The notes: generated from the sequence alone by a model not told the origin. Positions 53,243-62,237 are shown, counted from the stretch's first letter. The stretch is DNA of 64,000 nucleotides from Dehalococcoidia bacterium (GCA_965248975.1 CBDFKU010000016.1:64764-128763); one strand, 5' to 3'. Numbers and translations: made by a program.

Positions 53243-54603
53243 GAAGCGCCGCCTTTCGAGACGCCCTCTCTCAGACCGTCAAGGCGGACTTCCACCGCCC
53301 TGGCGTGGCCGGTAAGGCCCTCGGCCCGGGCGATTACCGCCGCCGCTTCGGCCAGTCGTGGATACTCGGCAGGCTTCAGGCCCACCACCGGCATGGTCCT
53401 GAGGAAGTGGTGCACGCTCAGCGCCGAGCTGAAACGAGCCGTGCCCCCGGTGGGCATCACGTGGCTGGGTCCGGCCACGTAGTCCCCCATAACCTCCGGG
53501 GAGAAAGGCCCCAGGAACACTCCTCCGGCGTGCTTCACGCGGCCAGCCCATGCCCACGGGTCCCTGACCATCATGCACAGGTGCTCCGGCGCGATCTCGT
53601 TGGCCAGGTCGATGGCCTCATACAGGCTGTCTACCAGCACTACCTTGCCCCGACCCTCCATAGAGAGTCCGGCCAGCTCCCCCCGGTCCATGGTAGCGAG
53701 CTGACGGTCCAGCTCTCCTTCCAGCTCTCCTATGAGAGCCAGGGAAGTGGTCACAAGGATCGGGGAAGCCAGGGGGTCGTGCTCGGCCTGGGCCAGAAGG
53801 TCCGCCGCGCAGTAAGAGGGGTTAGCGGTCTCGTCAGCCACGACCACGGTCTCGGTGGGGCCATAGAGGCCGTCGATGTCCACCTGTCCATAGACCAGCT
53901 TCTTGGCCAGGGTAACGAAGACGTTGCCCGGCCCGCAGATCTTGTCCACCTTTGGCACCGTGTCTGTCCCATAGGCCAGCGCCCCGATGGCCTGGACACC
54001 GCCGATGCGGAAGACCCGGTCCACTCCCGCCAGCCTGGCTGCGGCGAGGACCGAAGGGGCTGGGAGGCGCTCGTCCGCCGCCGGTGTGGCCAGCAACACT
54101 TCCTTCACGCCGGCTACCCTGGCCGGGATCGCCGTCATGAGCACCGTCGAGGGATATGACGCGGTCCCACCGGGCGCGTAGATGCCCACCCTCTCGATGG
54201 GGGTCACCAGCTCTCCCAGGCCCGACTCCAGGTCGATCCAGCTCTTGCGCATCGTAGCCCGGTGGTACTCTTCCACCCGTTGGGCGGCCGTCTCCAGGGC
54301 CTCGACCAGCTTCGCTGGGACTCCGTCGACGGCCCGGGTCCACTCGGCGTCTCCCACCTCTAGCTCATCCATGTCCGGAGGGAACCCGTCCAGCTTGCGG
54401 GCGTAACGGCGCACGGCGTCGTCACCTTCGGTTCGCACCTCCCGGAGGATGCGCTGCACCGACTCCAGTGGCGTGAGGCGTTCCCCGAAGACCTCCGCGG
54501 ACCTGTCGGCGACCTCGGGAGGCAAGGAGTCGGCCTCCAGGGGGTCCGGCCTGAAGCTTTCCTTCCTGGCCTGCTCCAGACCTTTGATTACTTTAAGGTT
54601 CAC
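53239..54603 (-). CDS. hisD: histidinol dehydrogenase
   Basis: 'VGIYAPGGTASYPSTVLM', 'ICGPGNVFV', 'LAQAEHDP' and 'APEHL'. Its stop overlaps the hisC start by 4 nt. Confidence 0.94.
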   Translation of the reverse strand: MNLKVIKGLEQARKESFRPDPLEADSLPPEVADRSAEVFGERLTPLESVQRILREVRTEGDDAVRRYARKLDGFPPDMDELEVGDAEWTRAVDGVPAKLVEALETAAQRVEEYHRATMRKSWIDLESGLGELVTPIERVGIYAPGGTASYPSTVLMTAIPARVAGVKEVLLATPAADERLPAPSVLAAARLAGVDRVFRIGGVQAIGALAYGTDTVPKVDKICGPGNVFVTLAKKLVYGQVDIDGLYGPTETVVVADETANPSYCAADLLAQAEHDPLASPILVTTSLALIGELEGELDRQLATMDRGELAGLSMEGRGKVVLVDSLYEAIDLANEIAPEHLCMMVRDPWAWAGRVKHAGGVFLGPFSPEVMGDYVAGPSHVMPTGGTARFSSALSVHHFLRTMPVVGLKPAEYPRLAEAAAVIARAEGLTGHARAVEVRLDGLREGVSKGGAS

Positions 54604-55348
54604 CCAGATACTCCTTTACCACTCTGACCGACTCCCGAACGACACTATCCCGGTAGGACGCCAGCGTCTCACCGGGTATCTTACCATACACCTCTTCCAG
54701 GCTGCCCGGCATGCGCTCAAGGAAGTCTTCAGCCATCTCCATAGCATCAGCGTCGTCCCGGTACATCCTGCGGGTGGCGAACCTCAGACGGTCCCAGGTG
54801 AACCCCCAACCGACGAACTCGGTCACCCACTCCCTCCAGCTGGACAACGTCTCCGCGTCGATGAACCTTACGTCGATGCCGGACTCCGAGCCTGCCAGCA
54901 CCTCCCGGACTCGCTCGACGCCCCCGAATCCATCCCAGGCCGTCCTGTCCATGTCTAGCTGAACGGCCCGGTCCCACAGGTTACCTTGAACCTGGCTTGC
55001 CTCGCCGTCCTGGCCGTCGAAGTAGGACCGGTATATGTTCACGATCCAGGTCTCGTCGGACACCAGGTGAGTAAAGTAGCCCGACAGGAAGGCTCTGGTC
55101 TCGTTGCCCAGCCGGGCGGCGTCGGCCAGCTCGGGATGGGCCTCCCACAGGCCCCTGATGCCGGCCCCGACGCTGTCCACGCTCAGAGGAGCGAAATGGG
55201 TCCGGTCTCGCTTCCACTTGGTCATGATGCGGATGTCGGGGCTGGTGGAACCCAGCAGGAAGCCGCCCAGGTGCCTTTCGAGGACGGGGTGGTCGATTCT
55301 GGAGGCTACTTCGTAGGCTAGGCTCAGGTGCGTAGGTAGGTTCGGCAC
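54593..55348 (-). CDS. uncharacterised His/Asp-rich protein, zinc-dependent phospholipase C-like (metallo-phosphoesterase-like), in the his operon
   Basis: 251-aa ORF reading 'MPNLPTHLSLAYEV...LGSTSPDIR...DRTHF...GYFTHLVSDETW'. The N-terminal His and the spaced H/D residues recall the Zn-dependent PLC family (memory only). It overlaps the hisD start by 11 nt and starts 1 nt after the hisG stop. Confidence 0.45.
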   Translation of the reverse strand: MPNLPTHLSLAYEVASRIDHPVLERHLGGFLLGSTSPDIRIMTKWKRDRTHFAPLSVDSVGAGIRGLWEAHPELADAARLGNETRAFLSGYFTHLVSDETWIVNIYRSYFDGQDGEASQVQGNLWDRAVQLDMDRTAWDGFGGVERVREVLAGSESGIDVRFIDAETLSSWREWVTEFVGWGFTWDRLRFATRRMYRDDADAMEMAEDFLERMPGSLEEVYGKIPGETLASYRDSVVRESVRVVKEYLGEP

Positions 55349-55349
55349 G

Positions 55350-56426
55350 TCAGGCCTCTCCCAGCGATTCCAACAGCCCGGCGTAGGCGTGGCACCGGTC
55401 CTTGAACAGGTAGCTGATCTGGGAGGCCGATATGTCCAGCCCTCCCGAGTCGCGAAGGTGGTCCACCGCTTCCAGTAGCTTTTCCCTGGGGACCACCAGG
55501 CTCACGGCGTACCAATCCTCTTCGTCCACGTTGGAGACCCGGGACACCGTAGGCCCCTGTAGTCCGGCCAGGTCCGGCCGGATCAGGATGGTGGCGCCCA
55601 CCGCCTCGGCGGAAGGTCCCCGCACGTTGGCCGTCAGTCGAAAGAAGGAGCCGGCTCTCAGGTGCCCCTCCATTATCTCCAGGATCGAGCGCGCCAACTC
55701 AAGGCTGGTGTGAGCTGCTTTCAGCAGGTCCCGGTTGCCGATCAGACAGGCCTGGGATGCCAGGATGGTGCCGTCGGCGATCGTCTTCAGCCGATTCTCC
55801 CGCAATGTTGTGCCGCTGGCGGTGAGGTCGGCGATCACATCGGCATAGCCGGCCGAGGGCGCCGCCTCGAGGGTGCCGCTAGCCTGCACCATCGAGAAGT
55901 AGTTGATTCCATTGCTATACAGGAACCTCTCCAGCAGTCGTGGGTACTTGGTGGCGACCCGCAGGTCCCGCCCCTTCTGGCGGAACTCCAGGGCCAGGTC
56001 GGCCAGATCGTCCACTGATACCACGTCCAGCCACGAATCCGGCACCGCCATGACCAGGTCGCAGTGGCCGTAGCCCAGATCCTCGATAATGGGGATGACC
56101 GGGCTTCCTTCCCGCCGGAACTCCAGGAAGCGGTCGAGGCCGGTGATTCCCAGCTCCGCGCTGCCCTCCTCCACCTTGTGGGTGATATCCGCCGTGCGCT
56201 GAAACAGCACGGCGGCGCCGGGAAGGGCCGGTATGCGGGCCGTGTAGCGTCGAGCGCTTGGCCGGTCGACGGGGATCCCGCTCCGGCTCAGGAAGGACAG
56301 GGACGGCTCGTACAGGTCTCCGTCGCTCGGAAGTGCCAACCTCAGCCCATCCTGGACGTCCCTGGGAAGGGTTTCGATATCGGCCCCATTTGCCTTGGAA
56401 GAGACGTTGTCCGAGGTACGTTTCAT
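55350..56426 (-). CDS. hisG: ATP phosphoribosyltransferase, long form with C-terminal regulatory domain
   Basis: 'LRLALPSDGDLYEPSLSFL', 'ELGITGLD', 'VATKYPRL' and C-terminal HisG_C-like 'GLQGPTVSRVSNVDEEDWYAVSLVV'. The ORF opens at 56453. ATG 56426 starts 1 nt after the upstream stop. Confidence 0.88.
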   Translation of the reverse strand: MKRTSDNVSSKANGADIETLPRDVQDGLRLALPSDGDLYEPSLSFLSRSGIPVDRPSARRYTARIPALPGAAVLFQRTADITHKVEEGSAELGITGLDRFLEFRREGSPVIPIIEDLGYGHCDLVMAVPDSWLDVVSVDDLADLALEFRQKGRDLRVATKYPRLLERFLYSNGINYFSMVQASGTLEAAPSAGYADVIADLTASGTTLRENRLKTIADGTILASQACLIGNRDLLKAAHTSLELARSILEIMEGHLRAGSFFRLTANVRGPSAEAVGATILIRPDLAGLQGPTVSRVSNVDEEDWYAVSLVVPREKLLEAVDHLRDSGGLDISASQISYLFKDRCHAYAGLLESLGEA

Positions 56427-56427
56427 T

Positions 56428-57870
56428 TTAGCGGAGTTCCTTGGCCGAGGCACGGTGGCTGGTGCGTTTTCCGCCCTTCTCTACAACGACGACCTCGGCG
56501 ATGCCGGCAGCTCTGGCGTATTCCAGGGCTTCTTCCAGGCTCATCGCGCACACGTCGGTCTCCGCGGGGACCCCCTGACAGCGTAGCTCTCCGGCCACGC
56601 GAAGCGCCTCCATGTGCACATCTCTGCCGGCGGCCATCACCAACACCCGCGAGGGCCGTTCTTTCGCGCTGTCGGTTTTGCCGTGTCCTTCCAGGACCTT
56701 CAGCAGGAGCTCCAGGGAGTAGGCGAATCCCAGGGCGGGAACGGCATCGGGGCTCCCCAGGGCCACAGCCAGGCCGTCGTATCTGCCACCCCCACCCAGC
56801 GAGGCGTCGTGGGATGGGTGCACTATCTCGAATACGATGCCGGTATAGTAGGCGAGGCCCCTGGCGAGCCCGAAGTCCAGCACTATCTCAGCACTGTCGA
56901 GGCCCTCTCCATCCAACAGGTCCATTACCCGGCGCAGCCTGTCCAGCACCCTGCGGGCCAGCCTTTCAGACTCGATCAATGCGTCCGCCTCGTTAAGGGA
57001 GGCTCCTGGCTCACCTTTGATCTGCGCGAGGCTCAGGGCCAGGTCCAGCCCCCGTTGCAGCTTCTCCGGATCATCCGTCCCCTTGAACTTGCGCAGCAGC
57101 CTCTCCACCACATCGGAGGGTTGCCGCTGGCCCAGGGACCCTGCTCCGGCCCACTTGAGCAGCCCGTGAAGGAGCTCACGGGCCTCGGCTTCCTCCATGC
57201 CCGCTATGACCGCCGCCAGGTCCGGCTGCCCGGGATCGGAGCCCAGCAGCCGAAGCTGTCTCGCCCTTTCGTGGATCCGGGCCACCCCATCCTCTCCCGA
57301 TTTCAGCTCGGTCAGGCTACCTAGAATGAACACGATGGCCCGCTCGGACAGCCCCAGGGACTCCAGCAGCCCACGTAGCACCCCCAGGTCCCCAATCTCC
57401 AGACGGTATCCGGACAGCCCCAGGTTGGAGAGTGCTGCACAACTCAGGGACAGGATCTCGGCGTCGGCAGTGGCGTCTGAGGACCCCAGCAGCTCCGCGC
57501 CCACCTGTATGAACTGGCGCTGGGTGCTGCCATCCCCCTCGTAGCGAAAGACCGGGCCGGCATACTGAATGCGGGCGGGAAAACGCTGCGCCGCGCCCGC
57601 CTCGATGACGTGCCTTACGATGGAGGACGTGTACTCCGGGCGCAGGCTCACCAGGTTAGCTCCAGGATCGGTGAAGGTGTACATGCGAGCGGCCAACTCC
57701 CCTCCGGACTTCCGCAGGAAGAGCTCGGTGGGCTCGAGGAGGGGAGGTTCGAGGACTCGGTAACCGTACAGGGAGAAGAACTCCCTCAAACGATCCTGGG
57801 CCGCCCTGAGGGGCCTCCAGGAGTCCTGGGGGAGGTCACGCATTCCCTGGAGGTGCTTGAAATTTTCCAT
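56428..57870 (-). CDS. histidyl-tRNA synthetase-like protein (HisS or HisZ-type paralogue)
   Basis: Class II HisRS layout with 'LQGMRDL', 'LRPEYTSSIVR', 'GPVFRYE', 'RGLAYYTGIVFE', 'LGGGGRYDGL' and an anticodon-binding-like C-terminus. The motif 2 loop reads 'YEGDGSTQRQF' rather than the R-P-Q-x-G-R-x-R-Q-F I expect for HisRS. Confidence 0.75.
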   Translation of the reverse strand: MENFKHLQGMRDLPQDSWRPLRAAQDRLREFFSLYGYRVLEPPLLEPTELFLRKSGGELAARMYTFTDPGANLVSLRPEYTSSIVRHVIEAGAAQRFPARIQYAGPVFRYEGDGSTQRQFIQVGAELLGSSDATADAEILSLSCAALSNLGLSGYRLEIGDLGVLRGLLESLGLSERAIVFILGSLTELKSGEDGVARIHERARQLRLLGSDPGQPDLAAVIAGMEEAEARELLHGLLKWAGAGSLGQRQPSDVVERLLRKFKGTDDPEKLQRGLDLALSLAQIKGEPGASLNEADALIESERLARRVLDRLRRVMDLLDGEGLDSAEIVLDFGLARGLAYYTGIVFEIVHPSHDASLGGGGRYDGLAVALGSPDAVPALGFAYSLELLLKVLEGHGKTDSAKERPSRVLVMAAGRDVHMEALRVAGELRCQGVPAETDVCAMSLEEALEYARAAGIAEVVVVEKGGKRTSHRASAKELR

Positions 57871-57969
57871 CGGCTTGAACGTGGGTATTGTACACCAAAA
57901 TCCCGTTCACGGAAAAGGAAATGCAATGCGGCAAACGAGGAGTCTAGCTTCGTAGGCGGGACTGGGCGC

Positions 57970-58731
57970 TCAAGGGTGGGCCATCAGCCCGCCGTCGATG
58001 TAGATGGGTTGGCCGGTGGTGTAGTCGCATGCATCGGAGGCCAGGTACGCCAGCAGCGGCGCGATATCCCTGGGGTGCCCCTTGCGGCGCAGGGGGATGT
58101 AGCGCACCAGCAGCTCCTTCTGCGCCTCCTCTGCGGGCACGTCCTCGGCAGTGAACCAGCCGGTGCCGATGGCGTTGACCCGGACGTTGTGCCTGCCCCA
58201 CTCCAGGGCCAGGGCGCGGGTGAGCTGGAGGACGGCGCCCTGGCTGGCGCAGTAGGCCGCCGAGTTCCACAGGCCCCGCTCGGCCAGCCCGGATATTATG
58301 TTAACGATCCGGCCGCCGCTAGCCTCTACCATCGTCCTGCCGACGGCGCGGCAGGTCAGGAAGACCGGCCTCACGTTCCGGTCCATCACCGTCTGATACT
58401 CGTCGAGGCCCACTTCGACGAAGGGCTTGGCGAACTCGGTGCGAAAGCAGTTTACCAGTATATCCAGACGGCCCATCCTCTCCAAGGCACCATCGACGGC
58501 TTGCTGAACGTCGTCCTCGTTGGTCGCATCGACCGATACCCCCGTTGCCTCGCCCCCCAGCTCTTCAACCATCCGTATCGCGTCCCCCAGCATCCCCAGG
58601 GTCCCGGCCATGAGGAACACTCGCGCACCGGCCTCGGCAAGCACCACGGCCAGCACGGGAGTGAACTCGGGATCGTCGCCAGCTACGATGGCTACTTTGC
58701 CGTTTAGCTTGAACTCGTCGAGTACGGGCAA
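57970..58731 (-). CDS. SDR-fold protein with degenerate cofactor-binding and catalytic motifs
   Basis: The SDR scaffold is clear ('LNGKVAIVAG', 'RLDILVN', 'GGRIVNIIS', 'VRVNAIGTG', 'GQPIYIDGG'). However, T-G-x3-G-x-G reads 'AGDDPEFTP', N-N-A-G reads 'NCFR', and Y-x3-K reads 'YCASQ'. Confidence 0.7.
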   Translation of the reverse strand: MPVLDEFKLNGKVAIVAGDDPEFTPVLAVVLAEAGARVFLMAGTLGMLGDAIRMVEELGGEATGVSVDATNEDDVQQAVDGALERMGRLDILVNCFRTEFAKPFVEVGLDEYQTVMDRNVRPVFLTCRAVGRTMVEASGGRIVNIISGLAERGLWNSAAYCASQGAVLQLTRALALEWGRHNVRVNAIGTGWFTAEDVPAEEAQKELLVRYIPLRRKGHPRDIAPLLAYLASDACDYTTGQPIYIDGGLMAHP

Positions 58732-58754
58732 CTTGCGCCTCCTCCGCCGTCAAG

Positions 58755-58838
58755 CTCCCTTCCCCCTTCGACGGGGGAAGGTTAGGATGGGAGTGGACAG
58801 CCCCCACCTTAATCCTCCCCCGCATCGGTGGAGGAGAC
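58755..58838. repeat. double-hairpin intergenic repeat, copy 2
   Basis: CCTTCCCCC-TTCGAC-GGGGGAAGG (58758-58781), GTTAGGATGGGAGTGGACAGCCCCCACCTTAA, then TCCTCCCCCGCATCGGTGGAGGAG. It is colinear with 27445-27525, in the same orientation, and fills the 118-bp gap between the two SDR genes. Confidence 0.8.
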
Positions 58839-58849
58839 TATGGAACCAC

Positions 58850-59656
58850 TCAGGGCTCCAGCGGTACGACCGGGGCGTGGCCCGTCGGGGCGAATCCGCC
58901 GGCCAGTCCTCCGCCGTCCAGCGTGATCACCTCGCCATTCATGTAGTCGGAAGCCGGCGAAGCCAGGAAGACGGCAATGGGGCCCATGTCCTCGGGCTTC
59001 CCCAGCTTGCCGGTGGGTATCATCGCCCCCGACTCGGGCAGGCTCTCGCGGAAGGAGTCGGTGCCCCTGGTGGGGATGAAACCCGGCGCGATGGTGTTGG
59101 CTGTAACGCCGTACCGGCCCAGGCTCATCGCCAGGGTGCGAGTGAGCTGCACCATTCCCCCCTTGCCACAGCTATAGATGTACAGGTCCCGCGACCCCCG
59201 AAGGCCGAAGCCTGAGGCCACGTTGATGATCTTGCCGCTACCTCGGTCCACCATGTGCTTGGAGACGGCCCGGGCGCAGTAGAAGGCGCCGCTTAGATTG
59301 ACGTCGATCCCGGCCCGCCACTCATGGTCGGTTATCTCCCAGATGGGGGCGCGGACGTTCTCCGCCGTGCTGCCAGCGTTATTGATCAGGACGTCTACTT
59401 TGCCGAAGGTCTCCAGGCTTCGGGCCATCATCGCGTCGACCTGGGTGGAGTCGCTGACATCGGCGGGGACGGCGAGGGCTTGTCTGCCCAAGGCGCGCAC
59501 CTCGTCCGCCGCTTCCTCGATGGGACCCTGCCTCCTGGCCGCGACGACCAGGTCGGCCCCAGCGCGGGCAAGAGCCAGCACCATCGCCCGGCCCAGACCG
59601 GTGCCGCCTCCTGTGACGATGACCACCCGTCCATCCAGGCTAAGGCAGTCCAGCAA
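58850..59656 (-). CDS. SDR family oxidoreductase (canonical motifs)
   Basis: 'VVIVTGGGTGLGRA', 'VLINNAG', 'IINVASG', 'YSCGKGG' (Y-x3-K) and 'PGFIPT'. Confidence 0.85.
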   Translation of the reverse strand: MLDCLSLDGRVVIVTGGGTGLGRAMVLALARAGADLVVAARRQGPIEEAADEVRALGRQALAVPADVSDSTQVDAMMARSLETFGKVDVLINNAGSTAENVRAPIWEITDHEWRAGIDVNLSGAFYCARAVSKHMVDRGSGKIINVASGFGLRGSRDLYIYSCGKGGMVQLTRTLAMSLGRYGVTANTIAPGFIPTRGTDSFRESLPESGAMIPTGKLGKPEDMGPIAVFLASPASDYMNGEVITLDGGGLAGGFAPTGHAPVVPLEP

Positions 59657-59659
59657 TGC

Positions 59660-60478
59660 TCACCTCCCGCCTTCGACGCCCACCTGGGAGGTGACTTCCC
59701 CCGAAGGAAGGTTCACCAGCGAACCGTCTTCCCGGCGCAGGATAAGATTCCCCTCAGCATCCACGTCCTCGGCCAGGCCCCTGAGCACGTCGTCCTGCCA
59801 CCGCACTTCCACTCGGCCGCCCAGGGTATCCAGCAGTCCGCGCCACTCCTGCACGATAGCTTGGACCTCCGGGCCCTTGCCCGGCGAGACCTGCCGCAGG
59901 GGTGCGTAGAGCCTGTCAATCTCATAAAGCACCTGCCCTAACAACGCCTCGCGGTCTATCGCACTACCAGATTCTGCGTTCAATCCGGCGGCTGTGTCTT
60001 TGAGCTCCTCCACCGTGGATGGATCGAAGGCGACGTTGATCCCGATACCCACGATGGCGTGTTGAACGCTGCCGCCCTGGACCGTGTTCTCGACCAGGAT
60101 TCCGCACACCTTTCTGCCCCGTATCCTCACGTCGTTGGGCCACTTGATTGTGGGGTCCAGCTCGGTGCACTTTCTTATGGCCCGCGCCACGGCCAGGCCG
60201 GACACGATGCTGACGTACTGCAGTCCCTCTAGGGATGGCCGGAGCACGATGGAGAAGTAGAGGTTGCCGGCCTGGGTGACCCACTGCCGTTGGAACCTGC
60301 CCCGGGCCGAGGACTGCTCCTCCGCCAGCACCACGGTGCCCTCCTCGGTGCCCCCATTAGCCAGGCGGGCCGCCTCGTCCATGGTGGAGGAGAGGCTCTG
60401 GTAGTAGAGGATCCGCCTCCCCACCACCCGGGTGTGGAGGCCTCCCCGGAGCATTCCGGAAACCGGGTTCTTGGGCAA
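59660..60478 (-). CDS. birA: biotin--[acetyl-CoA-carboxylase] ligase (no N-terminal HTH)
   Basis: 'YYQSLSSTMDEA', 'EEQSSARGRFQRQW' (G-R-G-R-x-x-R-x-W) and 'KWPNDV'. Confidence 0.85.
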   Translation of the reverse strand: MPKNPVSGMLRGGLHTRVVGRRILYYQSLSSTMDEAARLANGGTEEGTVVLAEEQSSARGRFQRQWVTQAGNLYFSIVLRPSLEGLQYVSIVSGLAVARAIRKCTELDPTIKWPNDVRIRGRKVCGILVENTVQGGSVQHAIVGIGINVAFDPSTVEELKDTAAGLNAESGSAIDREALLGQVLYEIDRLYAPLRQVSPGKGPEVQAIVQEWRGLLDTLGGRVEVRWQDDVLRGLAEDVDAEGNLILRREDGSLVNLPSGEVTSQVGVEGGR

Positions 60479-60491
60479 GGCTACCTCCGGC

Positions 60492-61226
60492 TTAGGCCCG
60501 CTGGTAGACGGACACGTGCTTGGTGCTGGAGCCGGTGAAGGGCGTCCGGTCCCAGTCGCTCCACCGGTCGCGGAGGCGCATCCCGGCGAGCCGGGCCATC
60601 AGGTCCAGCTCCGAGGGCCAGGCGTAGCGCAGCTGTATCGGGAAGAGCTGGGTGCCCGACTCAGTGATGTGGACGTGCTGAGAAGCGACCCTCTGGTTCA
60701 CCGCATCGTGGCGCGAAACCTCCAGCAGCACCATGTCGGCCTCAACCCGTTGCGCCTCGACGTTTTGCCCCCGCCCGAAGCGGGTCAGATCCGGCACGAA
60801 GACCTCTAGGGCGAAGATACCATCGCCTGTGAGGTGCGTCGCCACGTTGCGGAAGCAGCGCACTTGGTCTTCCTGGGTTGTCAGGGCGAAGAATGTGTTG
60901 AAGCAGACGAAGACGGCCGAAAAGCTGCCCTCAACGGCCACGTCGGCGAAGTCACCGAAGGTCACCGGGATGGACGCCCCGCCCTCCTTGGCCCGCATCC
61001 GGGCCACCATTGCTTGGGAAGCATCGATGCCGTGGACCTCGATTCCCCTGGCAGCCATCGGCAGCGCCACCCGGCCGGTGCCGATTCCCAGCTCCAGGAC
61101 CCGTCCGACCCGAGACAGCTCAGCCAGTACCGCGACCGCAGGCTCGACATCCCCGATCCAGGTGTGTAGCCCGTCGTAGACGGAGGCGATGCGCTCGCCG
61201 TAGGTGGACGGATCGTAACCTTGCAT
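60492..61226 (-). CDS. class I SAM-dependent methyltransferase
   Basis: Motif I 'RVLELGIGTGRV', acidic loop 'VHGIDAS' and 'AVFVCFNTF'. Confidence 0.75.
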   Translation of the reverse strand: MQGYDPSTYGERIASVYDGLHTWIGDVEPAVAVLAELSRVGRVLELGIGTGRVALPMAARGIEVHGIDASQAMVARMRAKEGGASIPVTFGDFADVAVEGSFSAVFVCFNTFFALTTQEDQVRCFRNVATHLTGDGIFALEVFVPDLTRFGRGQNVEAQRVEADMVLLEVSRHDAVNQRVASQHVHITESGTQLFPIQLRYAWPSELDLMARLAGMRLRDRWSDWDRTPFTGSSTKHVSVYQRA

Positions 61227-61277
61227 ACTCGCTGGGTCTCCGGATTCGATGCGGCCGTAGGGCCGGTGTAGCCGGGT

Positions 61278-61715
61278 CTAGCTTCCCCGGCTGGGCAGGG
61301 AAATGACCGCCTTGCCGCCTATGAGACGTCCCCTCTCCCCGTCGGAGAGCTCGACGTCGCACTCGACGATGTGGTCGCCGCCATCTTCCCGCTTGTCGGT
61401 GACCACGCCGGTAATTGCTACGGATTGGTGCAGCACCGGCTGGCGGAACACCACGTCCAGGTCCTTCACGACACCGCCGGTGGACCAGTCGGTCAGGAGT
61501 TGGGCCATCATCGCCATGCTCATGATGCCCGGCACTATCGGGGCGCTAAGCCCGTCTTTCTTGGCCTGATCCGGGTCGGTGAACCGGTTGGGGGTCGGAG
61601 TCCCCCGGACCCGGCAGAAGGCCTCGACGGCCTCATCGGAGATGTCCTTCTGCAGGGTGCCGAGCTCGTCACCCAGCTCCACGTCTTCGTAGTAACGGAC
61701 CGCCGCCTGTGCCAT
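61278..61715 (-). CDS. MaoC-like hotdog-fold dehydratase subunit
   Basis: 145 aa with 'FCRVRGTPTPNRFTDPDQAKKDGLSAPIVPG' at the position of the hydratase motif. It pairs with the upstream hotdog gene (3-nt gap). Confidence 0.65.
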   Translation of the reverse strand: MAQAAVRYYEDVELGDELGTLQKDISDEAVEAFCRVRGTPTPNRFTDPDQAKKDGLSAPIVPGIMSMAMMAQLLTDWSTGGVVKDLDVVFRQPVLHQSVAITGVVTDKREDGGDHIVECDVELSDGERGRLIGGKAVISLPSRGS

Positions 61716-61718
61716 TCC

Positions 61719-62168
61719 CTACTCCCTGGCGGCGAAGGATTCCTGGACCGCCGCCACGGTTTCTCCTCGCTGATTGGTGAAGGTTGTCTCCCACACGATG
61801 AAGACCATGGTGCCCGACCGCCCCGTCTTGGGGTAGACCTCCTTCAATGCCGAGGACGCCGTTAACGAGTCCCCGGCGACCAGAGGAGACACGGGCTGGA
61901 TGGTCTGCCCGGCGTGGAAGCGCATCCGGCCGAACTTGAGCTTGATGTCCGGGAAGTTTTCGCCTCTGATGAAGATGGTTGTCATCACGGGCGGGGCAAC
62001 GATGTCGGTATAGCCGGCATCCTTGGCCACGGCTTCGTCTAAGTACACGGGATTGCTCTCCCCAATAGAGCTACAGTAGTCCCGGATTAGCTCCGCGGTG
62101 ACCGGAAAGGGTCCGGCCTTGAACTCCTTACCGAGGAGCGATTTGTCGTATTCCAGCTCCATTACCAT
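61719..62168 (-). CDS. MaoC_dehydrat_N-type hotdog-fold subunit
   Basis: 149 aa with 'IRDYCSSIGESNPVYLDEAVAKDAGYTDIVAPP', like N-terminal/HadA-type hotdog partners. Confidence 0.6.
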   Translation of the reverse strand: MVMELEYDKSLLGKEFKAGPFPVTAELIRDYCSSIGESNPVYLDEAVAKDAGYTDIVAPPVMTTIFIRGENFPDIKLKFGRMRFHAGQTIQPVSPLVAGDSLTASSALKEVYPKTGRSGTMVFIVWETTFTNQRGETVAAVQESFAARE

Positions 62169-62237
62169 CGACGCCTCCTGGCCTTTCCGATCATGCTTCG
62201 TCTTATGACCGTCATTTGTAGACGCAACACCTCGTCC

